The translations under genes and the position numbers were made by a program. The notes under the pieces were generated by a model. It was not told the DNA's origin. It saw only the letters and a program-made list of their open reading frames with translations, and searched no databases. A DNA stretch of 64,000 nt from Haliotis rubra (lineage: Eukaryota), in the NCBI RefSeq assembly GCF_003918875.1, contig NW_025767227.1, forward strand, positions 310,001-374,000. Reading direction: 5' to 3'. Positions 11,636 through 25,403 of the stretch are shown piece by piece (the stretch's first letter is position 1; every line of letters begins with the position of its first letter).

Positions 11636-13645
11636 GCCACATGCCTCCCAAACATTCACGTCATCACACGTGTCAATAATATAGATACAAACAGCCACAT
11701 GCCTCCCAAACATTCACGTCATCACACGTGTGAATAATATAGATACAAACAGCCATATGCCTCCCAAACATTCACGTCATCACACGTGTCAATAATATAG
11801 ATACAAACAGCCACATGCCTCCCAAACATTCACGTCATCACACGTGTCAATAATATAGATACAAACAGCCACATGCCTCCCAAACATTCACGTCATCACA
11901 CGTGTCAATAATATAGATACAAACAGCCACATGCCTCCCAAACATTCACGTCATCACACGTGTGGAATAATATAGATACAAACAGCCACATGCCCAAACA
12001 TTCACGTCATCACACGTGTCAATAATATAGATACAAACAGCCACATGCCTCCCAAACATTCACGTCATCACGTGTCAATAATATAGATACAAACAGCCAC
12101 ATGCCTCCCAAACATTCACGTCATCACACGTGTCAATAATATAGATACAAACATGCAGCCAATAATATGCCTCCCAAACATTCACGTCATCACACGTGTC
12201 AATAATATAGTCAAACAGTCACACATTCACGTCATCACACGTGTCAATAATATAGATACAAACAGCCACATGCCTCCCAAACATTCACGTCATCACACGT
12301 GTGAATAATATAGATACAAACAGCCATATGCCTCCCAAACATTCACGTCATCACACGTGTCAATAATATAGATACAAACAGCCACATGCCTCCCAAACAT
12401 TCACGTCATCACACGTGTCAATAATATAGATACAAACAGCCACATGCCTCCCAAACATTCACGTCAATGTCAATAATATAGATACAAACAGCCACATGCC
12501 TCCCAAACATTCACGTCATCACACGTGTCAATAATATAGATACAAACAGCCACATGCCTCCCAAACATTCACGTCATCACACGTGTCAATAATATAGATA
12601 CAAACAGCCACATGCCTCCCAAACATTCACGTCATCACACGTGTCAATAATATAGATAAAACATACATGATACATCACACGTGTCAATAATATAGATACA
12701 AACAGCCATATGCCTCCCAAACATTCACGTCATCACACGTGTGAATAATATAGATACAAACAGCCATATGCCTCCCAAACATTCACGTCATCACACGTGT
12801 CAATAATATAGATACAAACAGCCACATGCCTCCCAAACATTCACGTCAACACATTCACATGCCTCCCAAACATTCACGTCATCACACGTGTCAATAATAT
12901 AGATACAAACAGCCACATGCCTCCCAAACATTCACGTCATCACACGTGTCAATAATATAGATACAAACAGCCACATGCCTCCCAAACATTCACGTCATCA
13001 CACGTGTCAATAATATAATACAAACAGTATATGCCTACAAACATTCACACGTCATCACATGTCAATAATATAGATACAAACTCCAAACATTCACGTCATC
13101 ACATTCGTGTCAATAATATAGATACAAACAGCCACATGCCTCCCAAACATTCACACACGTGTCATCACCACATGTCCCAAACATTCACGTCAATGTCAAT
13201 AATATAGATACAAACAGCCACATGCCTCCCAAACATTCACGTCATCACAAACGTGTCAATAATATAGATACAAACAGCCACATGCCTCCCAAACATTCAC
13301 GTCATCACACGTGTCAATAATATAGATACAAACAGCCACATGCCTCCCAAACATTCACGTCATCACAAAATATATAGATACAAACAGCGTGCCTCCCAAA
13401 CATTCACGTCATCACACGTGTCAATAATATAGATACAAACAGCCACATGCCTCCCAAACATTCACGTCATCACACGTGTGAATAATATAGATACAAACAG
13501 TCATATGCCTCCCAAACATTCACGTCATCACACGTGTCAATAATATAGATACAAACAGCCACATGCCTCCCAAACATTCACGTCATCACACGTGTCAATA
13601 ATATAACGTACACACAGTATAGATTTTCCCAAACATTCACGTCAC
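11636..13645. repeat. 58-bp satellite, about 34 copies
   Basis: Unit gccacatgcctcccaaacattcacgtcatcacacgtgtcaataatatagatacaaaca; degenerate units on both flanks. Confidence 0.97.
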
Positions 13646-14546
13646 ACAAATTAATAAACATAGTTACAGGTCAGTAACACATGCACTAATTCACTTTGTC
13701 ATCACATGCAATAAAGATATATAAAACCATATACTTCACTGACACACATACATGCAGCAGAACACGTATGTACAGTGTAAATCTAAAGTATGGAGAAAAA
13801 ACGACAACTAACGAGCATATACAGAGTTGACATTTGTGTCATGATGCTTATAAACATACACTCATTCATTTACAACCTCCAAAACATGAATTCTGATCGA
13901 AATTAAACATTCTCGCCCATGGGTCACTGTTCGCCCATGGGCCGGCCCATTGGTGAGCGAGTTTCAATTTAGTTTTTCGAACAATTTTTTTTTCATTTTT
14001 TCATCCTTGGCATATATTCATAACAACTGCATGTTTAATTTGGTCAAATCCTTTGCCAGAAAGTGCCCACAGTGCGGAGAGTTTGTGGACTTTTGTGAGT
14101 CCAGAATTAAATTGTGACGTGTTAGACAAATATATACAATCATGATACTGGTGCAAGATTTGAAAGAGAGCATGATGGACGTTTTCAGTGTAATTGTGGA
14201 TTGTGATGACAAAACAGGAAATAGTTGTATTGTTTGAAGACACCCGGTATGTGTGCACGTGTGACTCACATCCACCCACTTCCCACCTGGCGTGCACGCT
14301 GCTGTTTACCAATAACAATGGAATGTTACCGTTTTGTTCTCAAACATCGTGTCTGAATTTGATTAAAGAACACCCGTGTTACCTATTTTAAAATGAAACA
14401 AACATTTGTGTAATGTCGGTAAATCCTATTAGTTTGAACAATTCTATATATCAGTTACAAATACATTTTACGTGATTGGATGTGTATTACTGAAAGCATT
14501 CGTACATATAGTTGACTGGTGGGTGTATTAATATTCATAGAGTGTA

Positions 14547-14568
14547 AAGGACCGTTCGTAATTTATGG

Positions 14569-14619
<51 letters not shown>

Positions 14620-15365
14620 TGTGATGCTGCTGCTGCTGCTGATGTTGATGATTGTTACGTAATAATAATAATGTGTCCTTTTAAAAAGCGCCAAACTCCA
14701 CACCAGGTATGCTCATAGCGCTAACAATCAATAAGGCATTATTGAAGTCCATAGAACTTTTTGTAAAGAAAGGTTTTGAGATGACACTTAAAGTTTTCAA
14801 GGGTTGGAGACAGCTTAAGTTCATCAGGGAGGGAATTCCATTTGACTGATGCCATGTTCTGGTAAGACTTGTAGCCAAGTGATTTGAGGTTCCACTTTGG
14901 TACACGGAGCAGATTAGCCGAGGATGAACGCAGAGTTCTTGTTGGCATGTAAGGAGAGAGGAGTTCTTGAAGATACACAGGTGCAATACCATGAATGGAC
15001 TGATAAGCAATTGTAAGGATCTTATAGTCAATGCGAGCTTCAATAGGCAGCCAGTGAAGAGACAACAGGATGGGAGTGATGTGGCAGCGTTTAGGTTGGG
15101 AGAGTAACTACATGTATGTAGAAGCATGTACAATGTGAATGACCCCCTTAAAGTTACGTACAAAGTAAGTGACCCAACCCCACCCCTTGCATGTCATGTA
15201 CAACATCAATGTCCCCCCTCCCCTTCCGATAATTTTTAAGCATATTTATTAAATTTACTTATGTACATAATTTATGACCCTCCTACCTCCACAGAACAGA
15301 ATGTGTGAATCCCCTTAAAAATTCCCCCCCCCCCACCCCCCCACCATAAATTATGAACGGTCCCT
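14547..15365. mobile_element. TIR element (MITE-like) containing (TG)n and a nested LINE fragment
   Basis: ggaccgttcgtaatttatgg at the left end vs ccataaattatgaacggtcc at the right end. Confidence 0.7.
14661..15088 (-). mobile_element. L2/CR1-group LINE 3' fragment
   Basis: HITPIL.SLHWLPIEARIDYKI...WNSLP...FKCHLKTFLY is the typical ORF2 C-terminus; (TAT)n tail. Confidence 0.88.
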
Positions 15366-17470
15366 AAGTTATGGCGTATTTGAATCTCTTTATATTTGTG
15401 TTGCATCCATGCAAGTTTGCGAAAGATAATTGTCCATGTGGCGACAGTATTGTAGCTGTTGAACTCCTGGAATACTTTTCGACACGCTGGGAAATATGAC
15501 TATTGCAAAGTAATGGTGTCACCCTCTCTTGTCAGTCAGTTGAGCTATGTAGAATCAACGTATTAATTCAACGTATTAATAAATCATTGACACGAGGATC
15601 GGGTGGCACATTAAATTGATTTTGCAATGTATCAATCTTTACACGAATATTTTAGAGCCTTGGAATCCAGCATAAAAGGCGAAATGACATGTCCTAAGCA
15701 AATTTCGTCTCACCTAAACTAGTGGCCTGATATGCTGCATCGTGTGAAATGTCACTTATACAAAGTTCTTTTCTCAAACAAATGTTCACACATATTGGTT
15801 CAGTAATTGGAGCCCTTCTCAGTGGGAACCACTAAATCTTTTCATGTAGGGCAGCCATATTTTGGACCACAGCTGAGGTTTGTTCCAGTTCTTGTTCCTC
15901 CTTTACAATGTATTTGCATCCTTCTCCTGACAGCCATACGCTCTGATGTAACCCACGTGGAAAAAAATTCAGTAAGTTTAATTTTATCTTTTGGTTCATT
16001 CTTGGCATATCCTTCGACAGTATCCATAACTGGTTTAACGTTGTGACCCCAGCTGGTAGAAGACTGTTCACGATACGTTTATCCATATGTGAATAACTGA
16101 CAAAGGTTGTTTTTGCCATGAGTACGATGTTGGCAGTGTGACGATAGGCTCAAGTAGTACAGTTTGCATCATCAGCTGCCGAGCCTACGTTGTGTAACAC
16201 GCTCTGGGAACAACAGGGTCGAAATGGTGCATGTAAGGGAAAATGAAACGTTCACCGTCCAAGCTTCAAATATTGTTGGACATGCAGTAAAGCTGATTTT
16301 CGTCACTAACTGTTTTTATGCTTAAAGCATAAAGTTCCTTATTATTAATAAACGTCAGAAATATGTGTGTCTTTTCTGATTTTAGTGGAGTCCGTTTCTT
16401 TTTTGGCAAAACGTTTCAAGCCATATTTCTCTTGTCTGGTTCTTTCAGTTTGTAAACCCATTCAAGATATTGGAGTTGTTCTCTGCAACAGTGGGTAATC
16501 TTGATCGTACTTTGTGCGATTAGTTTATTGTAAATCAGGGACTACAAATCATTCAAAAGGAGCACAAAACAATTCCTAATTCAGTGATCAAGTATTAATA
16601 GTTGAACAGTTGAACAGCTCAGGTTTCGTCTTGCGATTCAAACGCTATCTGAAACATGACTTACGATCAGCCCCTTTAGCAACTACTCTTCTTTACTTCT
16701 GCTAATAAGTAATAAGTAATAAGAGGATAGCAGAATCAATGTGGTACCAAAGGTTACAAAGTACACACTCGTAAAACTGATTCATAAAATTTGGTGAATG
16801 AAATTTTCAAATATTGGTCATATGTAATGTCGGTCGAAAGGACGGATACAGGGATGTTAGAGCGAAGTAGAAGGAGCAAGTTCCGCGTGAGTCAGTAGAT
16901 CTGCGCGTCGCACTTCCTGCCTCCCCAGCTGATCCGGGTTGGAATTGTCCCCTAGCAACCAATGCTTGATGCAGAGACCAGGTGTATCTTTCTAGGAGAC
17001 GTGGTTGATATCGAGTTGCTCGGCCATGTGGTTGATGGCGTGTTGCTCGGCACAATGGTTATCCCCATGTCATCCTGTTACAACGTATGACTATATGAGA
17101 GTATTCAGATAACATGCCGGTTACGTGACTGTACGTGACAGTACGTGACGTCGTGACGTCGTGACGTCGTGACGTGCAGACGCGGTCGGCGTGTACGTAG
17201 AGTGCAGTTCAGCTGATTACACATGTGAGGTAATTTCCTGGCCAGTGGTCAGCATCAGGGATCTGTCTGGGAATTCCTTGAGGAACTGTTTGTGACAGAT
17301 ACGCTATCTGCTGTCGTCGATGTGGTTATAGCATACAATATAATATACTTGACATAGTGAATGACTGAGTAAGGTGTGTTCGAATGGTAACGTTTTAAAT
17401 ACAAATGTAGCTCAGAGAACGATGTCTCTTGTAATAGCTACAGTTTCACCTGTTACCTTCAATGAGTCAT

Positions 17471-17625
17471 GGGAGCGGTGGGGTAGCCTAGTGGTTAAAG
17501 CGTTGGACTGTCAACCGGGTTCGAATCCCCACATTGATACAATGTGTGAACCCATTTCTGGTGTCCCCCGCCGTGAAATTGCTGGAACATTGCTAAAAGC
17601 GGCGTAAAACTATACTCACTCACTC
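17471..17625 (+). mobile_element. SINE family A
   Basis: Family consensus; TSD tcaatgagt. Confidence 0.88.
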
Positions 17626-18112
17626 AATGAGTGGTTGTCCTACTGGAATTCAAAATAAAAAACTCAAACTTCGCTCTTACTGGTAAAATATACTCTTGAT
17701 ATTCGCAAAACGAGTCTTGTTTCCTTAGAAACGCGAAGAAAGAAATGGTATGTGAATCAAAACTAACACACAGATACTGAATATTCTAATGAATTAAAAA
17801 ACGGTTCGAGTTCGCTCATGAGGTCACTGTACTAAGGCAATGTATGATGGAAAATATATGCTGGAAGATTTCTTAAACCATGCTGATTCATGAACACTGT
17901 AAGATGCGATATGTTGACAGGGATTACTCGTTCATCCGTCACGTCATATACCCGTGTTGATTCCCAATATGGGTACAATGGTTAAAGCTGCTTTTATCAA
18001 GAACAAAAATGAAAACAATGTCACAACAGCTGAAATTAGATGTGGATTTACAGCAGAACCCCGTGTATCAGGACATTCATACATACGGCCACATCTTAGT
18101 TCAAACATATCA

Positions 18113-18280
18113 GGGGCGGTGGGGTAGTCTAGTGGTTAAAGCGTTCGCTCGTCACGCCGAAGACCCTGGTTCGATTCCCCACATGGGTACAATGTATGAA
18201 GCCCATTTCTGGTGTCCCCCGCCGTGATATTGCTGGAATATTGCTAAAAGCGGCGTAAAACCCAAACTCACTCACTCACT
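18113..18280 (+). mobile_element. SINE family A
   Basis: Family consensus; TSD tcaaacatatca. Confidence 0.92.
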
Positions 18281-18983
18281 CAAACATATCATATATATTT
18301 CACAATTAACGTGTTAAAATGTACCGACTCTGGCAAGTAGAATCGTGAAGAGCTTCGCGACTGACTTTACCTCGTGCTAAACGAAAGCTGAATTAACTTC
18401 AGGAGAACCCTTGATGAGAAGTGTAAATCTGACAGGGTCAAATGAACGATTTATCAACACGAGGAGATATGGACGCATAAAAAAGCCAACTACAAGCTGT
18501 GTAAATCTTATATTTGATGTTTACGAATACGATGATATAATTACACCATTATTTGCATTTGAGCTCAGCTATTTCCTGTCGTGGCGTTTTGGGGGGATTG
18601 GTCTATGTAATCAACATATCACAACACATAGCGCAAACCGGAATGTTCCGATAGAACGCGGTATTCCTCACGTTTCGAACTTGAGGTCAATTTGAAAAAA
18701 GGCAGGAGTCAAAATGTTTCACGTAATCGTGAAATCAATTGCTTATCGGAAACGCAATTTTGAGATTAAAGATATTTGGACATATTTCATTGATAATCCA
18801 AACTAACAAACTGTTTAATAATCTATTTGAGAGGGTTTAATTTGCTGTTGGTTACGGGTAGCATTATGTTTCATCACGGAGTTTGTGATTTCTTTTAAGG
18901 TTAATAAGTTAATAACATGGAATATTTTAGACCAAAAAGCTTTTTTATCACTGCAACTAAATTGTTATCGATCCTTAATCCAG

Positions 18984-20073
18984 TGGAAACTAATTTCGGA
19001 TTTCCGAGTGTATTACTGTCCTCAGATGAGTTTCTGATATTAAGATATGTTACGATAAGTGACAGTGAAACCTTGTTAATCCGGACTATATGCCTGGTTC
19101 TTTGATAACGACGGTCGGTTGGTTGGTTGTTGTTTAACGCCGCTCTCAGCATTATTCCAACTATATGACGGTCCTTTGATAACGTCCTCATTGACATAAT
19201 ATACGCCTCAATGTAAGATAAAGAATACCCTATTTAAAAATAATTTATCTGACTGTAATCATACGAATACTAGTGTGTCCTTTAACTGTTTATAGTGGAA
19301 TGTTTTACGTATTAACAGATCAAGGACATGAAGTCTACATCTCTAACTCCAGTTTCTCTGATTAACGAGTATTATAAATGCGACATATTTCCGTATTTGA
19401 AACAGAATCGAAACGCAAGAAACGAGACAGCATTCAGGGAGCGGGCTAAGTGAGGTTAAACCGTTGAGATACCAAATTGATATATATACTTAAGTAGAGA
19501 TGTGGAGTTGACGATGTCAGTACATATTGTAAAGCAGCGCGGCGTGTGGCTTATTCATTAGCGATATCATGTAGCGTGGGTATTGCCGAGTGCTGCGTCA
19601 AACACTTTAATTATGTCTTCTTGCCTAATGACCAGAAGATCGGCACATTTGCGTTTCGACTCTGTTTCAAATACGGAAATGTGTCGCATTTATAATACTC
19701 GTTAATCAGAGAAACTGGAGATAGAGCTGTAGACGTCATGTCCTTGATCCGTCAATACGTAAAACATTCCACTATAAACAGTTAAAGGACACACTAGTAT
19801 TCGTATGATTACAGTCAAATGAAAAGGTTTAAATAGGGTATTCCTTAGCTTACATGAAGTCGTATAATATGTCAATGAGGACGTTATCAAAAGCCGACAT
19901 ATAGCTGGAATATTGCAGAGAGCAGCGTTAAACAACCAACCAACCATAGTTATCAAAGAAACTGAATTAGTCCTGATTAACAAGGTTTCACTGTTATGTA
20001 TCGTCACATGTCTTTTATATTAGAAACTCATCTGAGTACAGTAATACACTCGGAAATACGAAATTAGTTTCCA
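18984..20073. repeat. Diverged inverted duplication: arms 18984-19418 and 19649-20073, 230-bp spacer
   Basis: Arms align as reverse complements along their length, including a truncated family-B SINE tail. Confidence 0.92.
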
Positions 20074-20500
20074 TGTTATTAACCTGTCGGTATTCCCCCT
20101 ACAGAGCCTTAAGTTTGTGTTATCCAATAGCCTGCTATGTTGTTGTGGTAGGCTCGTGACGTGATGGGAGGTATTGCATTCTGTTTCGGAAGACACGACA
20201 CCATAAAACTGAAAATCATTGTGGTTAGCTGGAGAATAGCCCATATTGAATCGTGACTGTAAACTGGTTTTCCTCTTGAAATGCGCTGTCATAGGCATCG
20301 CCGTTGCACTTTGGTTACGAGGGAAGCCACGCCGCCGCGAGTGTGATTCAGGCAGGAATCATGACGACTTTATACTGGTTTTCCTCTTGTGATATACAGC
20401 CCCACGTAATCGATACCTGCACTTGTTCTCACAAGGACAGACACGCAGTGATAAGTGTCACTGAGGACAAAATCACCCAACGGGAACCGTAATCGTGTTA

Positions 20501-20662
20501 GGGGCGGTAGGGTAGGCTAGTGTTCAAGCTTTCACTCCTCACGCCGAAGACCCGAGTTCAATTCCCCACATGGATCCAATACGTGAAGCCCATTTCTGTT
20601 GACTACCGTGAGATTGCCAGGATATTGCTAAATGTGGCGGAATGCCATACTCACTCACTCAC
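20501..20662 (+). mobile_element. SINE family A (duplicated at 23120-23282)
   Basis: Family consensus; TSD cgtaa(t/c)cgtgtta. Confidence 0.88.
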
Positions 20663-20924
20663 GTAACCGTGTTAAACGTGTGTGTTTTTTCTTGTTACGA
20701 AATTATTCAATATCGAAAAAGGGAGACAACTCTATGGACGTATTACTTTGTCAATGAGGGCGGCCATTTTGGTATGAAACTTACACCGCAAATTCCATCA
20801 AACCGAACTGTGTAACTGTATAGTGACATATGTGTTTGCTGTAAAGCCTCTTCAAATATAAGCATCTACACCGAAACATCGTATCCATGGTAGTTAAAAA
20901 CTTTAGAATTATCTCCCGTGTTGA

Positions 20925-21075
20925 GGGGAGGTGGGATAGCGTTAGCTCTTCACGCCGAAAACCCGGGTTCGACTCCCCACATGGGTCCAATGTTTGAAGC
21001 TCATTTCTGGTGTCCCCCGTCGTGACATTGCTGGAATATTGCTAAACGCGGCGTAAAACTATACTCACTCACTCA
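20925..21075 (+). mobile_element. SINE family A (duplicated at 23545-23695)
   Basis: Family consensus; TSD tcccgtgttga. Confidence 0.88.
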
Positions 21076-23119
21076 ATCCCGTGTTGATCATACCAACTTC
21101 TGAGTCTTATTTAATTAAAGAGGTATCGAAGCAGTTCGTTAGCATAGCCCCTGTCCCTCACCACGCAATATTAGGGTTTATACTGATGGGTTAGGATCGT
21201 TCGGTTAGATAAGTCAGTCAATGTGTAAGATTTACGGTGCTCTACACTAATTACGTTGTCTTATAAATACTGTTATAATAGATATCCTTAAATAAAAATA
21301 CGTGCGGTATATGTCATCGAAAGTCGATTTGGATGAAGAATTTCAGATCGAAAACAACATTGGAAAAATGGTAAAATGTGCAGATAACAGGGCTGTGTAT
21401 TGGCAAATAAATTGTTTTTCAATATATTGTGATTCAGGTACCCGTATAGACTAATGCTTAGTCTCTGAATATATAATTTTGATAGTAACAAACAATCCCA
21501 TTTAAATTGAAAAGGAGCCCCAGGGAGACCAGAGATTCAGATCCTGAGGAAATCTAGACTTGCTTTATTTGGGGTTTTAGCACTGCAGAGAGGGCTTGGC
21601 AGTAGGAAAAATAATGTGGTTCAGGGACTGTGAGACAGACTAGTACCCGTATTGCGATACGTATTGCGATAGATTGGGAACGTAAATGGTTGACAACATG
21701 TCAATCCTATTTGCTACATGATAAGTACCTGAACATATATGTTATGGTTCTGATAACAGCAATCACAAAATTTGGTTGCATAGTCACGAATTCTATTTTT
21801 ATTTTTATACATTTAATAGTATTACAGCATGCCGTTTTGTCATTGTATAACGAAGGAAACTATTTCTTGTGAATGTAAGTCCGTGTAGATTTTAATTTAG
21901 ACCATAGAGATAATCACAAAAACGTCATATATGTTCTTTACCCAATATACCGATTGTCAGAAAATGTATTACAATGCGTATCGTTAGAAAAGCGTAGCAC
22001 GATATACCGGTACACCGGCAATACAGTGCAGTCCTAGCAGATAATCCTAAATATGTCAATTTTCATGAGACAATACCAAGTCACCTAAGATACTCATATT
22101 CGACGTTGAGTGGACAAGGGATAAAGTCCCTGCTGCCGACCACGTCGCCGTAAGTGAGTGATTCAGGCTCCCCTGACTCCTGACGCTGGACGTCCCTAGG
22201 AAGGTGAGGAAGTGACAACAGCGTCACACACAGCTACCACGCTCGACGAGACGGGGTGAGTGAGTGATCTGGTTAAGCCGACACCTACAGTGTTACCACG
22301 TTGGTTGTGAATATGACGGATCTTGACCAGGTGAACAGGTAGACCCAAAGGTTAAGGTCATATTCTTCATGGGGCGGAGGACGACATTAGGCCACGCTTG
22401 GGGTTTGATCTTTCCCTGTAGAATTGGCGTACCATATAGTTTCATATTATATTTTGATTATGAAATGCTAATAGCAAAGGTTGTTTCCGAAGGTGTAGCA
22501 ATAACCTGACTTTGGGTTTGCATAATTCACTCACTCACTCACTCACTCACTCACTCACTCACTCATAGTTATCAAAGAAACTGAATTAGTCCTGATTAAC
22601 AAGGTTTCACTGTTATGTATCGTCACATGTCTTTTATATTAGAAACTCATCTGAGTACAGTAATACACTCGGAAATACGAAATTAGTTTCCATGTTATTA
22701 ACCTGTCGGTATTCCCCCTACAGAGCCTTAAGTTTGTGTTATCCAACAGCCTGCTATGTTGTTGTGGTAGGCTGGTGACGTGATGGGAGGTATTGCATTC
22801 TGTTTCGGAAGACACGACACCTTAAAACTGAAAATCATTGTGGTTAGCTGGAGAATAGCCCATATTGAATCGTGACTGTAAACTGGTTTTCCTCTTGAAA
22901 TGCGCTGTCATAGGCATCGCCGTTGCACTTTGGTTACGAGGGAAGCCACGCCGCCGCGAGTGTGATTCAGGCAGGAATCGTGACAAGTTTATACTGGTTT
23001 TCCTCTTGTGATATACAGCCCCACGTAATCGATACCTGCACTTGTTCTCACAAGGACAGACACGCAGTGATAAGTGTCACTGAGGACAAAATCACCCAAC
23101 AGGAACCGTAACCGTGTTA

Positions 23120-23282
23120 GGGGCGGTAGGGTAGGCTAGTGGTCAAAGCTTTCGCTCCTCACGCCGAAGACCCGAGTTCAATTCCCCACATGGATCCAAT
23201 ACGTGAAGCCCATTTCTGTTGACTACCGTGATATTGCTAGAATATTGCTAAATGTGACGGAATGCCATACTCACTCACTCAC
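23120..23282 (+). mobile_element. SINE family A (duplicate of 20501)
   Basis: Same flanks as the 20501 copy. Confidence 0.88.
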
Positions 23283-23544
23283 GTAACCGTGTTAAACGTG
23301 TGTGTTTTTTCTTGTTACGAAATTATTCAATATCGAAAAAGGGAGACAACTCTATGGACGTATTACTTTGTCAATGAGGGCGGCCATTTTGGTATGAAAC
23401 TTACACCGCAAATTACATCAAACCGAACTGTGTCACTGTGTAGTGACATATGTGTTTGCTGTAAAGCCTCTTCAAATATAAGCATCTACACCGAAACATC
23501 GTATCCATGGTAGTTAAAAACTTCAGAATTATCTCCCGTGTTGA

Positions 23545-23695
23545 GGGGAGGTGGGATAGCGTTAGCTCTTCACGCCGAAAACCCGGGTTCGACTCGCCAC
23601 ATGGGTCAAATGTTTGAAGCCCATTTCTGGTGTCCCCCGTCGTGACATTGCTGGAATATTGCTAAACGCGGCGTAAAACTATACTCACTCACTCA
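23545..23695 (+). mobile_element. SINE family A (duplicate of 20925)
   Basis: Same flanks as the 20925 copy. Confidence 0.88.
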
Positions 23696-25185
23696 ATCCC
23701 GTGTTGATCATACCAACTTCTGAGTCTTATTTAATTAAAGAGGTATCGAAGCAGTTCGTTAGCATAGCCCCTGTCCCTCACCACGCAATATTAGGGTTTA
23801 TACTGATGGGTTAAGATCGTTCGGTTAGATAAGTCAGTCAATGTGTAAGATTTACGGTGCTCTACACTAATTACGTTGTCTTATAAATACTGTTATAATA
23901 GATATCCTTAAATAAAAATACGTGCGGTATATGTCATCGAAAGTCGATTTGGAAGAAGAATTTCAGATCGAAAACAACATTGGAAAAATGGTAAAATGTG
24001 CCCATAACAGGGCTGTGTATTGGCAAATAAATTGTTTTGCAATATATTGTGATTCAGGTACCCGTATAGACTAATGCTTAGTCTCTGAATATATAATTTT
24101 GATAGTAACAAACAATCCCATTTAAATTGAAAAGGAGCCCCAGGGAGACCAGAGATTCAGATCCTGAGGAAATCTAGACTTGCTTTATTTGGGGTTTTAG
24201 CACTGCAGAGAGGGCTTGGCAGTAGGAAAAATAATGTGGTTCAGGGACTGTGAGACAGACTAGTACCCGTATTGCGATACGTATTGCGATAGATTGGGAA
24301 CGTAAATGGTTGACAACATGTCCATCCTATTTGCTACATGATAAGTACCTGAACATATATGTTATGGTTCTGATAACAGCAATCACAAAATTTGGTTGCA
24401 TAGTCACGAATTCTATTTTTATTTTTATACATTTAATAGTATTACAGCATGCCGTTTTGTCATTGTATAACGAAGGAAACTATTTCTTGTGAATGTAAGT
24501 CCGTGTAGATTTTAATTTAGACCATAGAGATAATCACAAAAACGTCATATATGTTCTTTACCCAATATACCGATTGTCAGAAAATGTATTGCAATGCGTA
24601 TCGTTAGAAAAGCGTAGCACGATATACCGGTACACCGGCAATACAGTGCAGTCCTAGCAGATAATCCTAAATATGTCAATTTTCATGAGACAATACCAAG
24701 TCACCTAAGATACTCATATTCGACGTTGAGTGGACGAAGGGATAAAGTCCCCGCTGCCGACCACGTCGCCGTAAGTGAGTGATTCAGGCTCCCCTGACCC
24801 CTGACGCTGGACGTCCCTAGGAAGGTGAGGAAGAGTTGTGAGGAAGTGACAACAGCGTCACACACCAGCTACCACGCTCGGCGAGACGGGGTGAGTGAGT
24901 GGATCTGGTTAAGCCGACACCTACAGTGTTACCACGTTGGTTGTGAATATGACGGATCTTGACCAGGTGAACAGGTAGACCCAAAGGTGAAGGTCATATT
25001 ATTCATGGGGCGGAGGACGACATTAGGCCACGCTTGGGGTTTGATCTTTCCCTGTAGAATTGGCGTACCAATTAGTTTCATATAATATTTTGATTATGAA
25101 ATGCTAATAGCAAAGGTTGTTTTCGAAGGTGTAGCAATAACCTGACTTTGGGTTTGCATAATTCACGTTTACACTGGTTATCTGA

Positions 25186-25403
25186 GGGGCGGTGGGGATA
25201 GCCTACTGCTCGTCGCGCTGAAGACCCGGGTTCGATTCCCCACATGGGTGCAATGTGTGAAGTCCATTCCTGGCATTGATATTGCTGGGATATTGCTAAT
25301 TGCAACGTAAAACTACACTCACTCACTCACTCACTCACTCACTCACTCACTCACTCGCTCACTCACCCACCCACCCTCACTCACTCACTCACTCACTCAC
25401 TCA
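25186..25403 (+). mobile_element. SINE family A with expanded (ACTC)n tail
   Basis: Family consensus with internal deletions. Confidence 0.85.

Larger units (their letters stand above)
19945..25166. repeat. Near-identical tandem duplication of about 2.6 kb (19945-22530 and 22564-25166)
   Basis: Offset about 2620 nt; paired ORFs in the track (20304/22923, 21630/24250); (TCAC)n at the junction. Confidence 0.97.

Noticed and set aside
11636-13645. CRISPR-like array (also considered for 29910-30935, 51922-52612 and 54983-59180)
   Set aside because: Head-to-tail repeats with no unique spacers, no cas genes, and a eukaryotic intron-containing context.
15400-16150. Possible decayed coding or transposase sequence on the minus strand
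   Set aside because: Short ORFs with many stops and no motif I can recognise.
22081-22430. GC-richer segment with donor-like GTAAGT/GTGAGT inside the duplication
   Set aside because: No ORF or recognisable homology, and the two copies differ by indels; an exon cannot be supported without transcripts.
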